DNA of 64,000 nucleotides from Promethearchaeia archaeon (GTDB lineage Archaea; Asgardarchaeota; Lokiarchaeia; Sigyniarchaeales; SOKP01): NCBI GenBank assembly GCA_029856125.1, contig JAHQWJ010000014.1, positions 159,085 to 223,084 of the forward strand, read 5' to 3'. Shown piece by piece: positions 57,744 to 64,000 of this stretch (position 1 is its first letter; each line of letters starts with the position of its first letter). The notes under the pieces were generated by a model. It saw only the letters and a program-made list of their open reading frames with translations, ran no database searches and was not told where the DNA came from. The position numbers and the translations under genes were made by a program.

Positions 57744-59171
57744 GTGAATAACATGAATAAAGAAGAGATATGTTTTATGTCTGCCCTCGACATGTTCGAG
57801 GCCATAAGAAGGCAGGAATTAACTTCTATAGAAATAACGGAAACGATAATTGAAAGAATTGAAAAAATCAATCCAATAACAAACGCCTATTGCACAACAA
57901 CATTCGACTTGGCTCGAAAGATGGCAAAAGAAGCAGATGATAAAGTGAAAAAAGGTGAAAATTTAGGATTATTAAATGGTATCCCTACATCAATTAAAGA
58001 TTTAAATCCTGTAAAGGGAATTAGAACTACATATGGCTCTAAAATTTTTGAGAATAATATTGCTGACCATGATGACATCGCAGTTCGAAGATTAAGAAAA
58101 GAAGGATGCGTAATTTTAGGAAAAACTAATACACCTGAATTTGGATTCAAGGGAGTAACAGATAATTTAATATTCGGATATAGTCGCAACCCGTGGAACT
58201 TAGACGTCACAACGGGAGGATCCAGTGGTGGAGCAGCTTCAGCAGTTGTTTCAGGATTAGGAACTTTAGCACAAGGATCAGATGGAGGGGGTTCAATCAG
58301 GCACCCTTCAAGTTTTTGTGGAGCATTTGGTCTTAAACCAAGCTTTGGAAGGGTACCAAGATACCCCTCGCTTTTTCCAATGGATTTGGATTTATCAGTA
58401 GTTGGTCCAATCGTTCGGCATGTTAAAGACGCAGCATTGATGTTAGACGCAATGAAAGGTCCGTTCGAAGGCGATAAAGGTTCGTTACCCAAAGATGGAT
58501 TTAGATACATTGATAAAATTAGTGAAGTTCCGGAAGGACTAAAAATTGGTTATTCATTAGACTTAGGATACGCAAAAGCAGTAGATCCTGAGGTAGAGAA
58601 AAATATTCTAAATTCTGTTGAATTGTTTGAGAATTTTGGATGGACCATCGAACCCGTTAAAATGAAACTGCGAAAAGCTCATCTTGCATTTACTACGATC
58701 TATACTTCTGCATATGGTTATAATTTAAAGTCGTATTTAAAAGAATGGGAAGAGAAAATGGACCCCGATTTAGTAAGATTAATTAAAGCAGGTTTAAGTT
58801 ACGATGGAACATCACTACCAAAAGCATTTGACATTCGCGCTCAAATGTATGCAACTATTTATAAGGTGTTCAAGGATTACGATATTTTAATAACACCATC
58901 GACTGCTATTCCCGCTTTTAAGTTGGGAAGTATGTTTCCCTCTAAGATAAACGGGATTAATGTATCTCCAACTGCATGGATGCCGTTTTCGTTCCCATTT
59001 AATATGACAGGCCACCCCGCAGCTAGTATTCCTAGTGGCTGGTCAAGCAACGGTTTACCTATTGGTATGCAAATAATCGGGAATAGGTTTGATGAACTTA
59101 CTGTTTTACAAGTTTCTAAAGCGTTCGAAGAAGTAGCTCCTTGGCAAGATAAAAGACCAATTTTTAGTTAA
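57744..59171 (+). CDS. Amidase signature family protein
   Basis: IKD, GKTNTPEFG, GGSSGG and GSDGGGSIR motifs. Confidence 0.93.
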   Translation: MNNMNKEEICFMSALDMFEAIRRQELTSIEITETIIERIEKINPITNAYCTTTFDLARKMAKEADDKVKKGENLGLLNGIPTSIKDLNPVKGIRTTYGSKIFENNIADHDDIAVRRLRKEGCVILGKTNTPEFGFKGVTDNLIFGYSRNPWNLDVTTGGSSGGAASAVVSGLGTLAQGSDGGGSIRHPSSFCGAFGLKPSFGRVPRYPSLFPMDLDLSVVGPIVRHVKDAALMLDAMKGPFEGDKGSLPKDGFRYIDKISEVPEGLKIGYSLDLGYAKAVDPEVEKNILNSVELFENFGWTIEPVKMKLRKAHLAFTTIYTSAYGYNLKSYLKEWEEKMDPDLVRLIKAGLSYDGTSLPKAFDIRAQMYATIYKVFKDYDILITPSTAIPAFKLGSMFPSKINGINVSPTAWMPFSFPFNMTGHPAASIPSGWSSNGLPIGMQIIGNRFDELTVLQVSKAFEEVAPWQDKRPIFS

Positions 59172-59235
59172 TACTTCCTAATCACTTTGTTTTATTTTTT
59201 TTATTCTAAAACAAAATTTTTTACTGCTAGTTAAT

Positions 59236-60108
59236 TTGCTATTCATGGATAATAAGAATTTTAACGGAAATAAAATGAATAAGAAACAACAGAGAAAAGA
59301 ACTATTGAGTTTTAAAAAGACTCAATTAGCGCCTGAATATAGTAATTTAGAGTTTTCAATAGTACTTAACATGCCAGAACATGCAGCTAATATCGGTGCA
59401 ATAGCTAGACTTATGAAGAATTTCAATTTCGAACATTTAATTATCTATAATCCATTTGAAAAAGCAGAAAAAATTCGAAGCTACCATACGCAAGGTTTCG
59501 CGATGCATGGTAAAGAAATCCTTTTTAACGCAGAAATTATAACGATTGGAAACCAAATTGACCACCTTTCTGGCTTTAAAGCATTGATGAACAGATTCGA
59601 TATTAAAATTGCTTCAACAGCAAAAGGAAAACATTATACGAATATACGAAGATTAGCTACTTTCCCTGCAGAATTAACCCTCCCAATATCAGGAAAACCT
59701 CTTAAAATTGCTCTGGTTTTTGGGAGGGAGTCCCACGGTCTTACGAATGACGAAATCGAGATGACTGATTTAGTTGTACGAATACCTTCTGATGATGATT
59801 ACCCTACGCTCAATCTTTCTCAAGCTTGTGGAATTATATTATATGAGATATATAAAAAAATACACAATCTAGAAATTGGAAGAGGTCTCAAACCAGTCTT
59901 ACTTGCAAATAAACAAGATAAGCAAATGTTATATAATTTAATTAAAAATTTAATTGTAAATCTTAAAATTCGCACCTACAGAAAAGAAAATGTATTTTTC
60001 GCCTTAAAAAATGTTTTTGAAAGGGCGTTCGTATCTAAAAAAGAAATAAACCTTATTATTGGGGTATTTTCAAAATTGAATTCGTATTTAAAAAAAAGAG
60101 AAATATGA
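59236..60108 (+). CDS. trmJ: SPOUT RNA methyltransferase, TrmJ/TrmH family
   Basis: NIGAIARLMKNF, VFGRESHGLTNDE and YPTLNLSQA motifs; true start may be ATG 59245 or 59275. Confidence 0.88.
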   Translation: MLFMDNKNFNGNKMNKKQQRKELLSFKKTQLAPEYSNLEFSIVLNMPEHAANIGAIARLMKNFNFEHLIIYNPFEKAEKIRSYHTQGFAMHGKEILFNAEIITIGNQIDHLSGFKALMNRFDIKIASTAKGKHYTNIRRLATFPAELTLPISGKPLKIALVFGRESHGLTNDEIEMTDLVVRIPSDDDYPTLNLSQACGIILYEIYKKIHNLEIGRGLKPVLLANKQDKQMLYNLIKNLIVNLKIRTYRKENVFFALKNVFERAFVSKKEINLIIGVFSKLNSYLKKREI

Positions 60109-60136
60109 GAAGATTAAATTTAATAGTTTAATCATA

Positions 60137-60358
60137 CTAAATTGCTTGATAATACCTAGGCTTGCGGTCATAGACTACCATTAGTTTATCAGGTGTGTCG
60201 TTAACAATTCTTCTAATTACTTTAGCCAAAGCATTATGTGTATCGTACCCCATGGCATTAGCCCATTCACGAGCAGTAGATTTTCCTACTTCCTTCAATT
60301 TATCTAAACACATTTGTTCATATGTTTTTGGAATTACTTTTTTTGCTCTTAACGTTAA
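60137..60358 (-). CDS. Small winged-helix-like protein (not in ORF track; start uncertain)
   Basis: LTLRAKKVIPKTYEQMCLDKLKEVGKSTAREWANAMGYDTHNALAKVIRRI...KPRYYQAI*; GGAGGT SD at 60364-60369; first ATG is at 60313. Confidence 0.7.
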   Translation of the reverse strand, partial: LTLRAKKVIPKTYEQMCLDKLKEVGKSTAREWANAMGYDTHNALAKVIRRIVNDTPDKLMVVYDRKPRYYQAI

Positions 60359-61149
60359 TATTTACCTCCAATTCAGTTTTATTACTATTTAAATTTAATC
60401 TTTTAATAAGATCGTAGTGTTAATGAATGATTATATTATAGAAAATTGCTATCTACACTGCTCATAACTATAAGAACAGCGATTTTTAATTCTAAGCTTT
60501 ACTCGGGTGGCATCTCCTAATATTTCAATAAAATCTATCCTAAAAAAAAATTAGATGAGGGGCTATTTAAACCATGATGCAGATTAGTTGTAGACGAATA
60601 CTACTTTTTTGTACTAAGATCTAAATTGACCAATTATATAAACACGAAAATTTGATTTTAGCTAGAAAGAAAAATACAACTTATTTTTGATAAAATCGTT
60701 ATTTAAGTAATAAGCTTTAAAATTTGTAAATAAAAAGAGCAATTAAAAAAGCATTTATTAAGAATAGATGATGTAAAATTATGCTAATAGGTTAAAATAG
60801 AGTCCATTAATAACATTTTAATTGAAAAAATTAACTAATTTAAATATAGCTTTAAAACTGGGAAAGAATTCCCACAAAGAATTTAATGTTTTGATTCAAC
60901 AACTATTAGCACTTTAATACATTAAATCAGCAATATAATTCATTTTTTACTATTAAGTAAAATTCTTCGTAGCGAAGAATGATGATTAAATTTTAGACTT
61001 CACTATAAACCATCTAAGTGAAGCGATTTAAATAGGTGGCGAAAAATTGTAATATCAAATAGCCCTAAAACTACATGAATTTTAGAATTTTAAAGATTAA
61101 ACTAATAAGATTCAATGTAAACTAAAAGGGGAAAAAATAAAAACAAAAA

Positions 61150-61266
61150 TGACTCCTGCGCCGCCTTGGATTTTTGTCTTTTGGTAGCGTAAGGTTTACG
61201 CCCAATCAGTACTCTTCCCCTAGTTAATATTTTGACCTAACTATTAGGTCTTGGCGACAGGAGTCA
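61150..61266 (-). ncRNA. Candidate structured non-coding RNA (117 nt), family not recognised
   Basis: Closing stem TGACTCCTG/CAGGAGTCA extended by CGCC/GGCG, two internal hairpins, about 45% GC in very AT-rich flanks, upstream TTTAAA and downstream T-tract on the minus strand. Confidence 0.6.
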
Positions 61267-61530
61267 CCCTCTTAAAATTGTTGCCAGATTTGAGCTCTTT
61301 AAAAAATTTTATTTATTAAATTACTACAATATTACCCATTACTAACATCAAAACCGTTAACCCTTTAAAATGCTTAAGAATATCTTAAAATATAGGTTTT
61401 AATTAATTTAAGCCCTATTACATAAAATATGTATTTGAACAATGCTGTACGGTAATTTAACCCACAAAAAGTACACTTATCTTTAAAATAAAAAGATATA
61501 TATAGCCTTTTGTGGTAATTTTAATTAACC

Positions 61531-61995
61531 ATGTCTCAATCGTATAAAGATTTTTTAAAAAAATACAAAATTGACGACTTTAAAACGAATTTAAAGCTAA
61601 GTGGAAGCACAAAAATAGATTTCTATAACGACATTGATAAATTATTGAAAACGATGAGTACAATATTTGATAAGCTTGCAATGATTGCGCCTATGAGAGG
61701 ATCACAAGTATTACTGGCAATTGCAAAATTAACTGGCCCTAATAATGTCGTAAACAAAACGGATATTAAGAGATGTTTAAATATTGATAGATTAGAGAAG
61801 ATTCTATCTGCTATTAAATACTTAGAGAAAGCGAAGTATATTACGATTGAGAAGAAGACAAAAAAGTTCCATATTATAAAATTAAACGAAGAAGATAACC
61901 CAGATTTAATAATCTTTAGAGAAATCGTTCAAAAATACTGGAAATCACCTCAAGAAGAAGTTGAACAAGCAAATAAATGGAGGGATGGAAAATGA
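61531..61995 (+). CDS. Hypothetical protein with winged-helix-like domain
   Basis: 'SQVLLAIAKL...KTDIKRCLNI...SAIKYLEKAKYITIEK...HIIKL' MarR-like pattern. Confidence 0.7.
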   Translation: MSQSYKDFLKKYKIDDFKTNLKLSGSTKIDFYNDIDKLLKTMSTIFDKLAMIAPMRGSQVLLAIAKLTGPNNVVNKTDIKRCLNIDRLEKILSAIKYLEKAKYITIEKKTKKFHIIKLNEEDNPDLIIFREIVQKYWKSPQEEVEQANKWRDGK

Positions 61996-62990
61996 GAAAT
62001 TCGCTGAAAACAGTTACAGAATTAAATTTTGAAGACGAACAAGGCTTAAAGGAGGCCACTAAAATAATTAGATCGGAGTATTACAAGAAAGCACTTAAGT
62101 CTAGTTTGTACATTGTTATAGTTTTAATAGTTGCGCTTGGTTATCTCGTATTCGGTTATTTACCTTACATGGATAATACATCTTTTCCATATTTTCTCGT
62201 CACTGAAAATACCACTCCTGCAAATAATGGATTTTTTTTGGACTTAACTTTAGGGTGGAGTTTCTTTAGTACTTCAATTTTCTTGATAGTTTATTTTATA
62301 CGATTAATCCAAGTTAAATTTACACCCTCGTTGATTAATTTTATTGAGAAAGAGACTAAATATGCAGGTTTTGAATTTAAGAGAATATTTGATAGTTTAG
62401 GATTATTTGTAATTGTGAATGCTATGTCTATCACATTGCTTTTTGTCGTTGAAACTAATCTAATCAGATACGTTAATAGTGACTGGAGCAATGTATTTAA
62501 AAACTTGCTTTTAATTTACTTATTAATTAGTCTAGCCGTACCTATTATATGGATCTTTAGAAACGATAAGTTCGTTATTAAAGTAAAGGATAATGTTTTT
62601 GTTCAATGTGATTTGCACTATAATTTTAAGAAGAATAAGAAATACGCCCCAAATCTAGTAGGTATTATTTTAACATCAAACCGATTATGCTCGAAATTTG
62701 ATAAATCTGGAAAATACATACATTCCAAAATTTCAGAAGGGAGATGGTTAGTAAGGAATGACCCTTCAGCGATATCGCCATACCTCCATTTTGAAGAGTA
62801 TTCTGTGCCATTTAACTTTCAAAAGCAATTTTTAAACATTGTATTAGCTCTAAACGAGTGGGAAAACAACTATGTGGCAAATCTCGATTCCCTTAACTAT
62901 TATTTTTCAAGAAATTTCTTGTATTATAATTTCAATTCAAAAAAACGCAGTAAAAAACATCTCATTTACTTCAAATTTCTAAACATCTAA
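61992..62990 (+). CDS. Hypothetical membrane protein (about 4 TM)
   Basis: Four hydrophobic segments; ATGA overlap with the upstream stop. Confidence 0.72.
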   Translation: MRNSLKTVTELNFEDEQGLKEATKIIRSEYYKKALKSSLYIVIVLIVALGYLVFGYLPYMDNTSFPYFLVTENTTPANNGFFLDLTLGWSFFSTSIFLIVYFIRLIQVKFTPSLINFIEKETKYAGFEFKRIFDSLGLFVIVNAMSITLLFVVETNLIRYVNSDWSNVFKNLLLIYLLISLAVPIIWIFRNDKFVIKVKDNVFVQCDLHYNFKKNKKYAPNLVGIILTSNRLCSKFDKSGKYIHSKISEGRWLVRNDPSAISPYLHFEEYSVPFNFQKQFLNIVLALNEWENNYVANLDSLNYYFSRNFLYYNFNSKKRSKKHLIYFKFLNI

Positions 62991-63015
62991 AAATAAATTT
63001 TTTCCAATCTACTCA

Positions 63016-63987
63016 TTATATTAAAATATAGTTCGATGACAGTTCAATTAATATCAAGATTATAATAAAAATAGTTGCTCCTGATATAAAATAATAGGGA
63101 CGCCCTTTCTCTTCTTGTGGGATTACTTCTCGTACAATAATATAAAGAATTATACCCGAAATAAAAGCAAAGCAGTGGAATATAACAAATGAGGATAATG
63201 GGTAAATTAATTCGAAGATTAAACCGATTAAAACGCCGGTTAAGACGGAAGTAATAGAGACTATTTTTATAAAATTATGTTCTTCGATTTTTGTATGAAT
63301 GTTAATATCGAAGATTTTTATGTGTCTGTTTGAGGTATTTGAAATTGTTGCTTTCAAAATAGCAAAAAATGAAAATAATATCCCTGAAAATAAATTTTCT
63401 TTGAGCAAGTTAAATATGATTAATCCAACTATGATATGATAAAAGTAATTTATCACAATATGAACTTTCTCTAAATCTTTGTTCAAATGCGATTCAAGTT
63501 CCATTTTAATCTCTTTTTCGTGTTCCTTAAGTTCTTTATCTTGCTTGCTTAAACCTGTTAACGATTCAGCTAATTTTCTTAGCGTAAGGTTGTCCCAGTT
63601 TTCTCTTTCTAGTTCAATATTTAATTTGTGCCCTGTTACTTCTTCTTCAATTTCTAACTGTTTTTTTCTTATAACTAAATCTTTTATTATTGTTCTACAT
63701 TGATTACCAACCCGTTTTAAAATCATTTTTTCACTTAAGTGGATAAAACAAAAGCCAACAAAGATAGCTGAATAAGTAAAAATTTCTTGATTATAATGAG
63801 ATAATTCTTGAAATATTTCCGGCAGCAGTTTTAGAAAAAAATACGCAATCGAAAAACCCGCGACTATAGAAACTTGCTTTTCTTTTGATTTAGGTCCTTT
63901 ACATTCAAAGCAGTATTTTTCGTGATAAAGTTCTGTTAAAAGAAATAGAACGCCAATGACTAATCCTAAAATTAAGGCGATGACCAT
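63016..63987 (-). CDS. Membrane protein, distantly ZIP-like, with cytoplasmic coiled-coil insert
   Basis: 'AGFSIAYFFLKLLPE', 'H...G' and 'AFISGIILYIIVREVIP' recall ZIP-family TM motifs. Confidence 0.6.
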   Translation of the reverse strand: MVIALILGLVIGVLFLLTELYHEKYCFECKGPKSKEKQVSIVAGFSIAYFFLKLLPEIFQELSHYNQEIFTYSAIFVGFCFIHLSEKMILKRVGNQCRTIIKDLVIRKKQLEIEEEVTGHKLNIELERENWDNLTLRKLAESLTGLSKQDKELKEHEKEIKMELESHLNKDLEKVHIVINYFYHIIVGLIIFNLLKENLFSGILFSFFAILKATISNTSNRHIKIFDINIHTKIEEHNFIKIVSITSVLTGVLIGLIFELIYPLSSFVIFHCFAFISGIILYIIVREVIPQEEKGRPYYFISGATIFIIILILIELSSNYILI

Positions 63988-64000
63988 ATTTCCTTCTGAC

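Noticed and set aside
57744-59171. gatA assignment
   Set aside because: The amidase signature is clear, but there is no gatB/gatC nearby and the neighbours are lipid-catabolic genes.
60195-60392. Plus-strand 65-aa ORF from the track
   Set aside because: It is antisense to a more protein-like minus-strand frame that has a strong SD.
61150-61266. 5S rRNA or tRNA/tRNA-Sec
   Set aside because: Size and closing stem fit 5S, but the CCGAAC loop and GUUAAG are missing; there is no T-loop or cloverleaf.
1073-63703. Many short ORF-track entries antisense to or inside long genes (e.g. 1073..1474, 3793..4176, 19047..19508, 23187..23738, 51093..51833, 57887..58510)
   Set aside because: They are shadows of well-supported genes on the other strand or frame and carry no recognisable motifs.
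1-64000. CRISPR array, IS/transposase, integrase, prophage
   Set aside because: I saw no regularly spaced repeats and no recognisable mobile-element proteins other than the intein.

Overview
AT-rich archaeal chromosomal window, most likely from an Asgard archaeon of the Lokiarchaeia type. This is inferred from an actin-family gene, Rab-like and longin-fused small GTPases, two TFB paralogues, an IPGF-TM-basic C-terminal sorting signal and a multi-PAS kinase. Most of the window is housekeeping or metabolic (AOR, GlcD/GlcF-like pair, nfo, hxlB, MgtE pair, topA, purD, GH116, corrinoid/UroD-like pair, M32 peptidase, acyl-CoA ligase, amidase, TrmJ). I saw no rRNA, tRNA, CRISPR array or transposase. 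Main observations: (1) A candidate actin-regulatory locus at 22.7-26.4 kb. A coiled-coil / proline-rich / WH2-like (helix+LKKI) protein lies two genes upstream of a catalytically divergent actin-related protein. (2) Two tandem P2-like ATPases whose TM4 PEGL ion-binding motif is replaced by PINL/PINI, resembling the flippase PISL motif. (3) A LAGLIDADG intein inside purD, plus a synonymously diverged duplicate of the purD 3' end about 500 bp downstream. (4) Several genes that appear to start at ATT/ATA behind good Shine-Dalgarno motifs and are missed or truncated by the ORF track. (5) A 117-nt structured ncRNA candidate with its own TATA-like box and T-tract. All assignments come from reading motifs by eye; no database searches were run.
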